The position numbers and the translations under genes were made by a program. Of a stretch of DNA of 64,000 nucleotides, positions 34,801 through 46,740 are shown one piece after another. The notes below the pieces were generated by a model. The model ran no database searches. It was not told the origin of the DNA and saw nothing but the letters and a program-made list of their open reading frames with translations. How positions within the stretch are numbered: the first letter of the stretch is position 1; each line of letters begins with the position of its first letter. Source of the stretch: Paraphysomonas bandaiensis (Eukaryota > Protista > Chrysophyceae); the NCBI GenBank assembly GCA_965644295.1, contig CBFFRP010000139.1:1-64000 (forward strand), written 5' to 3'.

Positions 34801-37357
34801 ATTTGGAGGCTCACCCGTTAGAAACTCTATAGGAGACATATACCCTTTATCTGTTTTCGTTGGCAATCGAATCAAAATATATCTGGCTGCCATGTATGCA
34901 TCCAGCCAAAATTGCGGTGGCAGTCCAGATTGGATTAGCATTGCAAGAGTCATCTCTCCAGCAGTTCTGAACTTCCTCTCCTCTATGGCATTCATTTCTG
35001 GAGAGTCTGTTGAGCTCCACGTATGTTGATAGCACTCCTGTGTCCTAAGATACTGACGCAGCTCTTCACTGATTAACTCTCTTGCACCATCTGCATGATA
35101 GTGCTCCATCTTGAGCTTGTACCTTCTAACATCTCCTCTAAATAGCTCTTTGAAAACTTCTAAGATCGCTTCCCCAGTTCTGTGGACTAAACCCGTCGCC
35201 CAGAACATTTTGCTGGCATGATGCGTTATCTTTAACACATACCTCTCACCTCCTCTAGCAGGACAATTTAAGTACACAGCGATATCTGCTGAAAAATTCG
35301 GTCTAACGGAATTCTCGTCCTTCGTTCGGAAGCTGACTCGGGTTATCTTAGACCTGGCACACACATCACACAAACACTGATTTTTGTGTACCTTGGCTGT
35401 GAGGTGTTTCCGTTTCAACCCTGTACCCATGATGAGCATCCTCTTATGTGCCTCTACTAAAGCATGTTTGTTGAAGTGACCCGCTCTCCGATGCAGCAAC
35501 TCCAGCTCGTCCTCACCAGTCCTATCGCTAAGATTTACTTCACAATTACTCGGTGTAGACACATCTGGAAGCTCCAACAGCTGCTGAGTTGGAACTGCAG
35601 TCATTCCATTCTTCATGGGTCCCTCCAGTACCAGTTCACCAGTATTACAGTCATAAATTTGGATCCCATACCACACCGTGAATCGATAGCCCATTTCGTT
35701 CAGCTTACGTCCGGAGCACAGGCATCGATTGATCTGATCTGAAATTTCTATGTCTCTCCATGCTCCACGGGAACCCACACTTGTGATATGAATCTCTGAT
35801 CCCTTCTTAGAGCCGTTTATCACCTTTGATGTATTCATATGAGTGTCAAGCATGGTCACATCATTCATCAAGAACATTGATGATGAACAGCAGGTGTCAA
35901 TATATGTATAATGCATGTCATCATTTACACTACATATATTCGTTTCATGTATATTGCATGACAATTTCATAACATCCTCGATCATATTTGCTTCATCTTC
36001 ATCAGAGAATTCTGCTGGTTCTCCACGCCGTATATTCTCTACTGTCAGCAGCCTTTTGTCCGGCTTCCTACCATGATTCTTCCCTTTCTCTCCTCTTCTA
36101 GAATGCTTTTTCTTCGTCGTTGGACAATCAGCAGCAAGATGTTCCAGAGACTTGCAATTTCTGCATCCCGTGTATTCAGCACTTCCAGGACGCTGCCCTG
36201 ATATCTCTCCATCCTTCTTCCTCTGCTTCCTCCTGCACTGTTCAGTTGAATGGCTATGAGGAATTCCTTCTTTCCTGCAATATCTACAGTTGCCCTTCTT
36301 ACGCTTATCCCGTTCCGTTCGAGACCGTTTGCTCTTTTCAATGAAATTCAGCTCCTCCACCTTCTTGCGTTTCCGCTCTAACGCAATCCTTCCAGGAATG
36401 GTATCATCATACCGTTCTATCTTCCTTGATAATGTTGCATAATCAACATCATCAGGCATCAAATACAAAGCAACATTCAGAGGAGCATATTCTTCATTCA
36501 ACAGACCTTCTCGTAACCGTGTTATTTTTGAGAGCTCCGATATGTCCTGCTGCTGCTCCTGTAGCTCTTTCAGCAGTATTTCAAACCGTATTATATAGTC
36601 CTTCGCAGTCTCCTCCGGACGCATACGGAAAGAGCCATACTGAGTCAACAGTTCACTGATCTTGTTTTGCTTCCCTCCAGCAAAGCACTTCTTCAACTCA
36701 TCAATCATAATATGCGCCTTAAACCTGTTGCTTCCTTTTCCATCAGCCTTGAACCCTTTATGTAGAAGATGGAATTTCTGAAGCGCCTTCGAAGATGTTT
36801 GCACTGCCTCTCTGCAGTACGAATACGCTATGGCATTCGCCTTCCAGTACTTCTTCACAGCCTGTCTGTAAGACTTCTCCTCCATTAACGTGAGTGGCTG
36901 TTCCCCAAACTCGCTTTCCTTCGGTGGTGGCTCCACCGCTACTTCACTTTGCTCTTTCCTCATGAGGAATGTTTCGAAGTCCTCAATCCATTGTTCAACA
37001 TTGCTCTCATTAAACTGTGGCACTACTCCTCTATCCTCCTTCTCTCCTCCTCGCTCGCTACCATGTTGATAAATGCTCATTTTACACTAGATCACAGAGA
37101 GAATTTGTCGTAAGACTAGATAGATTTATTAGTATCGTTTACACGAAGTTGTGATAACCAACACTAACTCATTATAATCCCTGCATAATATCCTACATAT
37201 GCGAACCTCTCGTTACTGAACATATCTTGAACGATCAAACTATTTCAGTTTCTCAATATCATCACAGCATTTGTACATCACTATATTTCACTGTATTCTC
37301 GTACATTGTCTTGAAGTGACATACTGAATATACTAGAATAAGATCCATATTCTAATA
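31850..37357 (-). mobile_element. Intact Ty1/Copia LTR retrotransposon (5508 bp)
   Basis: 294-bp LTRs at 37064-37357 and 31850-32143 with one mismatch seen; TSD CTCGT; PBS TGGTAGCGAG abutting the 5' LTR; PPT GAGTGGGAG. Confidence 0.97.
32323..37080 (-). CDS. Copia Gag-Pol polyprotein (Gag, two zinc knuckles, protease, integrase, RT, RNase H)
   Basis: Uninterrupted 1585 aa; CRNCKSLEHLAADC, LHRRAGH...CDVC, D-D-E core, YKARLVALG, LYGLRSSPRQW, IYVDDII, SDSDWAG, SKHIDIKYH, ADIFTKAL; IN precedes RT. Confidence 0.97.
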   Translation of the reverse strand: MSIYQHGSERGGEKEDRGVVPQFNESNVEQWIEDFETFLMRKEQSEVAVEPPPKESEFGEQPLTLMEEKSYRQAVKKYWKANAIAYSYCREAVQTSSKALQKFHLLHKGFKADGKGSNRFKAHIMIDELKKCFAGGKQNKISELLTQYGSFRMRPEETAKDYIIRFEILLKELQEQQQDISELSKITRLREGLLNEEYAPLNVALYLMPDDVDYATLSRKIERYDDTIPGRIALERKRKKVEELNFIEKSKRSRTERDKRKKGNCRYCRKEGIPHSHSTEQCRRKQRKKDGEISGQRPGSAEYTGCRNCKSLEHLAADCPTTKKKHSRRGEKGKNHGRKPDKRLLTVENIRRGEPAEFSDEDEANMIEDVMKLSCNIHETNICSVNDDMHYTYIDTCCSSSMFLMNDVTMLDTHMNTSKVINGSKKGSEIHITSVGSRGAWRDIEISDQINRCLCSGRKLNEMGYRFTVWYGIQIYDCNTGELVLEGPMKNGMTAVPTQQLLELPDVSTPSNCEVNLSDRTGEDELELLHRRAGHFNKHALVEAHKRMLIMGTGLKRKHLTAKVHKNQCLCDVCARSKITRVSFRTKDENSVRPNFSADIAVYLNCPARGGERYVLKITHHASKMFWATGLVHRTGEAILEVFKELFRGDVRRYKLKMEHYHADGARELISEELRQYLRTQECYQHTWSSTDSPEMNAIEERKFRTAGEMTLAMLIQSGLPPQFWLDAYMAARYILIRLPTKTDKGYMSPIEFLTGEPPNLRYLRVWGCRTYVLSPKADRRKDWEDKALVGYLMGYSDEKVGYHVYLPESNKVVTTVHILTDESTPSRSEKYFAEIDALRVREAARPKLASDYVSLEGTYHIDDEDGLLYKTTRVVERKGVIVAYRSLVTAGREHIEHRVPIHVEDVVRMTAETPGNTGYIGKGDALSTTPARELDQGRPGGFQESPDPTCQQTVVRLQNLTDRGSGDASGAPPTPQDLRAQDEQGMGSYISTRRPIELDGDGRVRRKRLQRRLANASVLGEINMVEVPDACTVNFKHAEFQHDDFKIPDSYAEAERSPQYMKWREARKVEKTSLLKRRVLKIVRTPRGVKLVRAKYVHTVKRDLLGNVVKYKARLVALGNLQEKTEEEQSTFAPVVKGITIRLVLAIAFMFHMHVHQLDVSSAFCYADLEEDVYMAPPPDEELPAGWCFQLIKALYGLRSSPRQWNKHIDKFIKSLHFTACILDTCLYMRWSNGQLHLLLIYVDDIIIASADLTYLESVKRRFCETFEMHDLGVCKRFLNIRITRGEDWYMLDQSEYAKNIVKKFDSFMGKSSKNKETPLPTNVQDLLAEQRELTEEQKQWVESFPYRGIIGAVLHLAIHTRPDLAYAVGLLARFSTSPTYATCRLAIHLLKYLRGTVDKGIRFSGSEFDLHVFSDSDWAGDRMTRRSTTGYIVLLCAGALAWQSKLQTTVATSSMESEYMAEYAALQELVWLRGVFKELGLLVAKPTPFFMDSKSAKDLSENPVYHKRSKHIDIKYHWIREHVNGKFPTAKLIHVSTDDMAADIFTKALSTKIFSRHEKTITGVKRSVSNSVEEQQKKRPRRG

Positions 37358-38169
37358 CTCGTCAAAGTAATAAACGACTCAACCTAGTCAATTTTAGTTA
37401 TAATCTTGACTATATGGTGTTAGGTGTTAGACTGTGGATCCGAAATTAGCACATTGAGGCATCTGTCATTCCTAAATAAGATCGCTAAAACAACTTCTCA
37501 AATTCCCACTTGAAGATCTGATTATTATGGTAAGAGAGATAAACGACAAGGGATTTTAGCTAGATTTGAATATTATTATTGTTGAAGTATAAAAAAGTCG
37601 GTTTCATATTAGTTTTACTTTTTATTTACGTAACGTATGATTGTGATGACATACGTGTACAACTCATATAAATTGCTAGAGATTTGTGTACCATCTGCAT
37701 TTCGTTGAATACAAAGTACATCCTATTTGTAGAATACCAATTTGTAGAAGAAATTATGCTTTCATAGCAATTTAATTTAAACTCAAATATTTAATAACTA
37801 CAACATAAATAGCATTCGATCTCAATTTCCTACTTTTCCCGCTTTATCAAGTTTTATGACAATATCGACTTCAAGTACTTTGTTCCTTAACTTGGTAGTG
37901 TAAGCACACGATTCTTCACCGTTTTTACTTTCTCAAACAATGGCTCTTCTTCCGTGAAAGCAACCCACCCAAGAGTAGAAGTGTCTTACTATTAGCAGTA
38001 ATCAAGACTTAACATTAGACCGATGTTGGCGACAATCCAAATTCCTGGATAATGTGGCTCTCAATATATATTGCAACCTGGGAAATCCATCCAAATCCAG
38101 CCGGTCTAAAGGACTTCCAATTGTTCGAGTCTGACTTCAGTGACTGCCTACTAGTGTAAACGACTTCGA

Positions 38170-38330
38170 GCCTCCACGAATAAACAGGCATCCAAGAATG
38201 GACCCATCTGAAGGGCACAACGGGTTGGGGGGCTGCCAATTAAAGCTAAGCATAAGCAAACACTCTGAAGTCAGTAGATGTCATGTATATCCACATACTG
38301 TTTGCTCATTGCGTTTGCTTTGAGTGATCG
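38170..38330 (-). repeat. Repeat family A, internal fragment
   Basis: ACGAATAAACAGGCATCC...CTGAAGGG...GGGCTGCC...CTGAAGT...TTGCTCATTGCGTTTGCTTTGAGTGAT shared with 18935-19095 and 60390-60555. Confidence 0.7.
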
Positions 38331-38554
38331 ATGTCGAATATGAGTTCACATTATTCGGTATCTGTCAATGTTTCCTCATGGATGCATGACAATGGCAATG
38401 TCACTAGATCTGCTATGTCGTACCACACCTCTACGGTCTAGTCTTGTTTTGTCCTGACTCAGGTCATTGTGCCTCTATATTTCTGAGTGAAGCACGGTGC
38501 GTGTAATTGTGGGTTTTACCTCGCAGTTTCTATGGGAGTGAATTCAGAATTGCG

Positions 38555-38736
38555 GTATGTATGTATGTATGTATGTATGTATGTATGTATGTATGTATGT
38601 ATGTATGTATGTATGTATGTATGTATGTATGTATGTATGTATGTATGTATGTATGTATGTATGTATGTATGTATGTATGTATGTATGTATGTATGTATGT
38701 ATGTATGTATGTATGTATGTATGTATGTATGTATGT
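38555..38736. repeat. Perfect (GTAT)n microsatellite, about 45 units
   Basis: 182 bp of uninterrupted tetranucleotide repeat. Confidence 0.99.
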
Positions 38737-38875
38737 GTGCATCAGTATATTTGCAGCTGAGGAAGTGTATTAGATAGGCGTAAGTGGGGTGACTGTCATT
38801 GAGCCTCTTTACATTGTTGTAAACTTTCTATTTGGTAACTTGATAATAGCGTGATACGATACAAGAGAGAATTCA

Positions 38876-41800
38876 ATGAGTAGCTACCAAGAAAAAATTA
38901 CCAATCTGGTCGATATGGTATCTACTTGTTGCAATAGTGGGGATTTTAGTACACTGATAGATACCATTCGCACTGAATCAGAAGCATCATTGGAGATATG
39001 GGTTGATATGGAAATCGTATTTCGACGAATTGCCATACAGTTTGGTGCAAGAAATTTATCACATGAGGTCAATAAGTACATTCGATATGATCTTATCTCT
39101 AAACATATCTGTAGATTGATAACAACAAGCAGAAAATAACACTCTTACTGAAAGCTGCTATAGAAGTAGGCATAGCATGTGCGGATATATCCTCCAATTT
39201 TCCGAAGATGCCATTTTTAATTATAGAGGATTTGCTGGAAGCACAGACCCTGTCCAATGCAGCTATTGTTTGGGAGTTGGTCGAGAGTATGGTAGATACG
39301 CTCACGAAGCCAGAGTTGTTCAACCGAGGTTTCCTTTAACTGTAATTCTTGTAACGGTATTTGAAGTAAATATTTAGGTAAACTTGTTATCCTACGGACT
39401 TGTAACTCTCTACTGAGGCGATTGTCCAAGTCTTGCCATACTGAGGTATTTCTGTTGCTATTTTGTACTGCATATTTTATGTCACTATAATGGCTATAAT
39501 GTTGTCTGCGTGATTATCATGTTTGCGATAACTTTTTGTCGTAGTTTTGCGGTCGAGTTCTGATGTTCCTTGCTGCCGTCTATCCACTCTCGGAGCGATC
39601 AGCTGTGAATCTTATGGGCAAAGTAAATACTGGTAATTGCACCGCATATGAAGATAAAGAGGAATTTTTGAGTGCCGTCACAAGTGATGTTGCACCTTTA
39701 GTCGAAACTGAGGAAAAACGTGAAGAAGGTTAGTCTACTGCATGCGTATCACTTGCATGCGCAATAGTGCTGTACTGATTTGTATGTACATAATAACTTG
39801 TGTCGTGACTTACACAATGGTTGTATAAATGGGTCTTCACTCATCGTATTGTTGACTTCACAGATGAAGTACATGGTGAGGAAGAGGATGGAGAGGTCTC
39901 TGATAGCGGGGCGATGGATGTGACAGTAGTAGGACAGATGAATAATCTGTCAAGTGCAATCGAGTACGACTATTCTCTTTATAGGACGTTTTGGGATATT
40001 CAGGTCAGCGGTGTAATGACGTTGCTCTGTAAACCACATTCTGCTCTACATTTTCTTTACTGTAGTACGCGCGGTCTTAAGCATGGCTTTCCTAGTATTT
40101 CAATAACCATAGTTTTGTTGTATTCAGAAATTTCTCTCATCTGATCCCAAATCTACCTCCTCAAAGAGCTCTTGGTGCGAAATGATGTCAGCCGCCGATT
40201 CCATTCTGTCTGTCTTTGAATCGAACAAATACAGCCCGTCTGAACTGAAGCAAGCACAGATAAGGTAGTTGTGGAATAGTTGTTATACTCCTGACTGTTT
40301 TAGCTCTTATACTTTATCGCTCTAATCGTGTGGTGTAATCTGCACAATTGCAGGCGCGAGAAAGTCAAGCAAACGGCACTACAGTGTTCTACTCAAATTT
40401 CATCGCTAAGTACTGCTAGTGGGAGGAACCAGCATGTATACATGGGTTGCAAGTACTTGACATCGTCACAGGTCAGTACATTGTTGGTAATTTATATGGA
40501 ATGAAGGAGCCGTAAGTACTCTACATTACAAGTATTGACTTCCTCCCTTTTTTCTGATTGTTCTGCGCTTTTATTGTAGTTGTTTGCGTTAGAACTCAAA
40601 GATCCGTCTATACGTCTACAAGTCGCTACCCAGCTATTGATTGTGCTTCACCATAGACTAAGGTATCCGTGTAATGCATTGAGCGCAATTGATATAGCAT
40701 GATGATAGCACTGTACTCTATTTATGACGAACTAGGGCCATTGGTATCGGCCACGCGTACGCATTTGATGCAGAACGTGTATTTTTATGTGCTTTTTGCC
40801 ACTAGTTACTGGATGTTGATCATGGTGGTCTTTATTGTGTTAATATGTATTCACTTAGGAGTCCAGTCAATCAGAGTTCATCTGCCATCTCAACCACTAA
40901 ATTGCCGCAGAAAGTTGAACCCACCGAGGAGGACTTGATTGCACTAGAGAAACGTATTTACGCCATTGTAGAGGTAATATTACTTGTTATCGTATGCCCA
41001 TAATTTATGCTGCCATGATAATCTGTCTAGTTTGACTCAATTGTATGTTTGGGTGTGTTAATGTTATATGGAGTGTATGTATAATATGAGACGAATTATC
41101 CGCTCAGGCGGCAGCAGAATAGTAGTCACTAAACTTACTGTAATATGTTATCTCGTAGACGACTCCCCCCAACGGACAAGAACTTGCGGCCACTTTAAGG
41201 TTTGTCTCCACTTTTTCTATGATTGTTCTGCAGTTGCAGATTAGCTTATATAATATGTGCTTCGCAGAACTGTGCTGGGGGATATGCGGGAAGAAAGGTG
41301 GATGCAGTGGAAAGTAAATCATTGTCCGAGCTATGAAAAGCCTCAGCTTCCTATTCACACTGGTGTGTATTCGAATATACTATGATGCGTACTCAATCTC
41401 ATACGTTGTTACTATAGAGAGCGAATATAGCGGGCACAAGAAAAGGAAACTTAGCGCATCTACTAAAGATGCTTCATATTTCTTTGATCACCATCTGGAA
41501 CAAATGCAGGTCAATCGTTTGACGTGTTCACGACTGATGTCAAGTAATATATCGATGTGAACTTTCCAGACGTATGCAAAGAAACTCGCGGATAAAGTTC
41601 CATCTCTAGTCACATTTGTAGAGGTATTAGTGTTTTTTATTAGTTTTAGATGTGCTATAATTTTCTGGTGCATTTTGTTATTGGTAAATGGTGTCCATTG
41701 TTTCATGTCGACACTTTGCAGTGCGATGTATACATTGTCAGGTCATAAGTATGATTTGAATTTTTTCGGCAGGATTATATTGAGGCTGAAGATCCAGATG

Positions 41801-42336
41801 CTGGAATTGAAGATGAATATCACCCGAAGCATGATACGTGAGAATACTTATATTAGAACAGCGTGCACACTATTAATATTTGTGACTCACCATAGTGAAT
41901 GTGCTGAGTATTGTGTAGCTTTCATGTGGTATTCTGCGATACATATCGTGATGGTCTTATTTTCATATGCAGGGTCTATTGCTGGCGAACTAGGCGGCTG
42001 ATAGCGTGTAATAAGCTCAGTGTTTTCGAGCACATGAACGATGGAAGCATCGCTAAGGTATAGACAACGTGCTTATCTAGGTTATATCATGCTATGGTGG
42101 AACGATGCAATCAAGATATTTGATCTATATGTATCCTTTCAATGCAGAGTCTTGGGATGCTATTTCCAGATAAAGTTAAGAGCGGATCACAAGATACCAA
42201 AAGTGAGAAGTCGAAATCTGACAATGTAGAAAACGACACAGATTCTGGCAACACTGACGAGAAAGTGACTGAGAAAGCAGTCGTTGTCACCAGCCAAGAG
42301 GAGGATGCCCCACAGGAGATTGCAGCTACGTCGTAA
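38876..42336 (+). CDS. THOC1: THO complex subunit 1 (Hpr1), many exons
   Basis: Spliced exons read [72 protein letters not shown] and VYCWRTRRL. Confidence 0.9.
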
Positions 42337-43114
42337 GTCGAATCACACTGTGCATGCATTAAACTCGTTTTTCGTTGCCTCAGTGAAAGAGGTTGCATAT
42401 ATTTTGCAGTTAGTTGTAATTTTGTCATAGTTCGCGATAAATTAAATGATTTGCAAGATATTGCCCTTGTATTTGCTCAACGTGGGTTGTTACTCATCTT
42501 TCACTCTGAGCAATCGTTGAATCGCTGTAGTAGTGGACTTTCCATTGAGATATTAATAGTGAAAAGGGCAAGGTAAAAATATATTGGAATGCAATATATT
42601 GCAAATATTTATTTTTGCTTACTACATTATATTTGTTATTATTTTATCAACATTTTGGCCTTGTAATATATATATATTATAATTGATATATATTTTGCAT
42701 GCTTGTGTGTCTTTAAAAGTATATTTGATTAATCATAAATTACTCTTCATAATCACATACCTCATTTATTGTTATAATATCGAACAATTCTGTCAATGGT
42801 CAAGCTATTCACCAAATACTAAACTCCAAACTGTTAAAAGTATGCTGTTTTTCTCGTACAACTAAAGACTGACGAATATATTTTTCTTATGATCTGTAAG
42901 AGCATGCTAATGTCAAATTTCCAGTAATATGATTGCCATATTATCCGCTCATATTGGTCACAACACACTAAACTATTCGACCGTACCTCTTTCATATATA
43001 TTTCACACAAAGTGTTGGGATTATTTTCTCGAAGCAAGGCAACAAGAAGTGTTTTCTTTCTTGAGATTTTGAAAAGATGCAGAAGAAGCTGAATCACAGG
43101 ATAGAGCCGTCAAA

Positions 43115-43456
43115 GTGGTAAATGTAGAAAGCTACTACAACCAGACCTGGGGTATAGTTGACGCCACAGCGTTACAGCACAGAGCCAGCAAGAAGTTACG
43201 ACGACAACTTGACACCCAGTATCTATCGACCAAGCACATAGTGAGTGCAACTAACGTTGTGGAGCGTTTGTTCAGCAGAGCCAAGATTATCATGACACAC
43301 TTGCGACAAGGAATGTCCCCACAACGCGTCGAACTGCTGCTGTTCCTTCGCTTCAACAAGCACTTGTGGACCGCAAAGCCAGTGCACAGGTCATCGAAGA
43401 TGGACTGTCCGATTATAAGAATGAGGACGACAGTGACGAAGAGTTGGAACACTTAG
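43115..43456 (+). pseudogene. hAT transposase C-terminal dimerisation-domain relic (element roughly 42580-43655)
   Basis: ATNVVERLFSRAKIIMTHLRQGMSPQRVELLLFLRFNKHLW; flanked by CAATATAT-type subterminal repeats at 42590-42610 and 43550-43605. Confidence 0.8.
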
Positions 43457-43762
43457 AGTGCTAGTTGCTGCATTGCTATTGGTTTTTCATTATGTTGTAA
43501 CCTCTACTAACTAGTTACTACCGAACGAGCTAATGTTTACTTCTTAGCGCCCAATATATATCAATATTGCCCAATATATATCAATATATTGTAATATATT
43601 TATTGCTTACAAGCTGGCTTACGATATTATTCGAAACACTACATTCCCATCTACATATACTCTGACCCTCCCGTAAACTTCGCGGACCCCTACCCAAAAG
43701 GACGTCCCCCTCAAGGACTACACGTCCGTGGGAAGCTCTCACACTTACTTAACGACTCACAA

Positions 43763-43970
43763 TTCTGAAGACAGAAGATGTCAGGTATATCAACATTCTG
43801 CTTGTTCATTGCGTTTTGCTTTGAGCGGTAGAGCGAAAGTGGTTGCGCATTGGTGCTTGCGGTGACGCTCAAGCAGCTTTCGACTTTCGTAACGTTAAAA
43901 AGTAGGATATCAGAGTTAAACACTAGTTAGTTATAACATTTTGCTACATTAGTTCTGACTCTTAGACGTT
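43763..43970 (-). repeat. Repeat family A copy (short-terminus variant)
   Basis: GATGTCAGGTATATCAACATTCTGCTTG...GTGCTTGCGGTGACGC...AGTAGGATATCA matches 60500-60640. Confidence 0.75.
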
Positions 43971-44590
43971 CATTGCTGTAACGACGACTGAGCACAATGT
44001 ATGAATGATTGACTACTATGCGATTCACGCTAGTTTCTATTTTCCCGGATAAATCTCTTATATTGAATGTCTTATTATTTAGCAATAGATCTCTTAGTTT
44101 CATGTTTTCAAATTTCATATGTGATTCGGTATAGTAAAATCGATTTGCTCGACCTCTTAAGATTCATATATGTGTATGCAAGATGCAGGTCATAAACAAT
44201 GAAATAATTGTAGACTAAACGACTAAACTATTACGACTACAAGACATGTGGATTGGGTTCAGTACCCCTAGTAAAAAGTATAGTACTATTGCTACTAGGC
44301 ATTATTTGTTTCACCGGTGAAACGTAGAGCTAGGATTATACTTAAACTATCAGAGGAAAAACCTTTAACAGACCTATTTCTAGCCGACGAGAAGTGGGTG
44401 CAAGTGACAATTACATTTAATTTTCAATAACAAACTACCCATACTTACACTATCCTCATTACTTAGTACACAGTATCACAAAAACCTTAGAAGCCATTAT
44501 TTGAGAACTATTCAAACATATCAAGAAGTTATACTCCAAAAGAGATTACTGAATTTATCCCCGTTCCCAGAGAAAACTAATCAGTGCCAG

Positions 44591-45037
<447 letters not shown>

Positions 45038-45177
45038 TTAATATATTTGAATATTACTGTTAACACTGTGACTACACGACAAGAGAGTGCGCAGTTGTAC
45101 ACTTGGTTTATGTTAACATGAAAAGAACGTTGCTAGAATCATATCTTTGTGAGACAGAAAACTGAAAATATTTGTAG

Positions 45178-46740
45178 ATGGCAATATTGATATGTTCAGT
45201 CAGAGGGGTATACTGTGGCATCTGTACACTATCAATCCCCAGTTCAGGGCTGTGTGGTAAGACCAGTAACACAATCGTGTACCATATTCCATTCACACTT
45301 AACACAAGAGCACTTATCTTGCGGGATAGTGCTTCTACAAAGATAGTTGGAAATTCATGTGTACACCTATACTCGGTTTGGCGACTTCATTTTGCAGTTT
45401 GCAGTTTACTCCGAATGGTATAACTATGATGTCAAATACGCCCCACACTCTAACGATATCTACTTCGATTCACAGATATTGCTGATGAGTTACAGCAATA
45501 CAGTTTTTACATGCACATTGATGCATCTCTCATGTATTAATTTTGTTTTCTCGTACTAATTATTAATAAAATAATTTTTAGTGGGTCGAAGAATCATGAC
45601 TGTGCTTCAGTGAGAAATATGTTTAAATCCAGAGTAATGAATCGCGTTCTGCTCTCTGTAAGGAGCTCTCGTGGTGACTACTGTGATGCCAACGACTCCG
45701 GTGTATATATCGATACCAGTAATGGTCGATCTCTCGTCACTGTTGGTGACTTCGCAGATCTTGTGGCAAGAGAGAAGCCGGACGTAGTGTTATCCATAGC
45801 AGACGAAGTTCCGTACAGTTGTGGTCAGAAGCGCCTCCGCAACGCTGTTAGAAGATCCCAGCAATGGTTTAGAACATTACGTGCATCTCAAAACCTATGG
45901 GTGACAGGGGGAGAGGGTTGTGACAGGTTACTGATGGGGGTTGTAGTGGGCGGACGCAGTGCGAAAGGGCTGCCTGATGGGGTCAGGGCGCAAGCTCGGT
46001 ACCTCCTGGATCATGGTGCGGATGGTATGCTATGTTAAGAGTGCATGTGCTACACTTGGTGATGTGGTATGTGCCATCCAGGTTTGTTATTGGGCGGAAT
46101 GGGTCAGGGGGAGTCTTTTGAGGATCGGGAGCAAGTGGTGCGTGCAGTGCGAGAGGAGGTGGGACCTAAAATTACACTTGTGGTACAGGGTGTACATTCG
46201 ATTTCCGAGGTAATTTTGTTCCGTATCCATAACTTGTAGTCTGATAAGTGAAGTAGGTTACCCACCTCGCTTCACTTGGTGTTCAAGTGATTTGCACGGA
46301 TTGCCCTACTGTTTTGTCTTCTGAGGGGCTCATCTTAATGTCACCTTCAAACCAAGATAATAGTGAGACTGATGGAGTACCTCGAAAACGGGCTCGACGC
46401 GATAATAAAGATAATACTAATACAAGCTTAGTGAACCTGTGGGATACTCAATATGCCAAAGATGGATCTGCAATGGTGAGTTTATGATTGTACCTGTAAT
46501 ACTAGTCTAACGTTCCTTGTAGGTGCCAGGTTGTGGGTGCCATGGGTGTAGGTAATACAAACGTAGTTTTTTTGTTCTATCAGTAAATGACTCTTTTGTT
46601 GCAGGAATTATTCCAAAGCGTATATCCATCATCTTTTGGTATCTCACGAACTACTGGCCGATATTATGATATATACGCACAACCAGCGAAGTATATTAGA
46701 AATAATAGACTCCTTAGGGTACAATTATAAAAGTTTATAA
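45178..46740 (+). CDS. QTRT2: Queuine tRNA-ribosyltransferase accessory subunit (QTRTD1), multi-exon
   Basis: PDVVLSIADE, KRLRNAVRRSQQW; C-terminal zinc site VNLWDTQYAKD...VPGCGCHGCRNYSKAYIHHLLVSHELLADIMIYTHN. Confidence 0.8.

Noticed and set aside
33900-36700. Short antisense ORFs within the Copia elements and host genes
   Set aside because: Shadow frames of long coding sequences with no independent motifs
38487-38777. ORFs with MYVC/HTYI repeats
   Set aside because: Translation artefacts of the GTAT microsatellite
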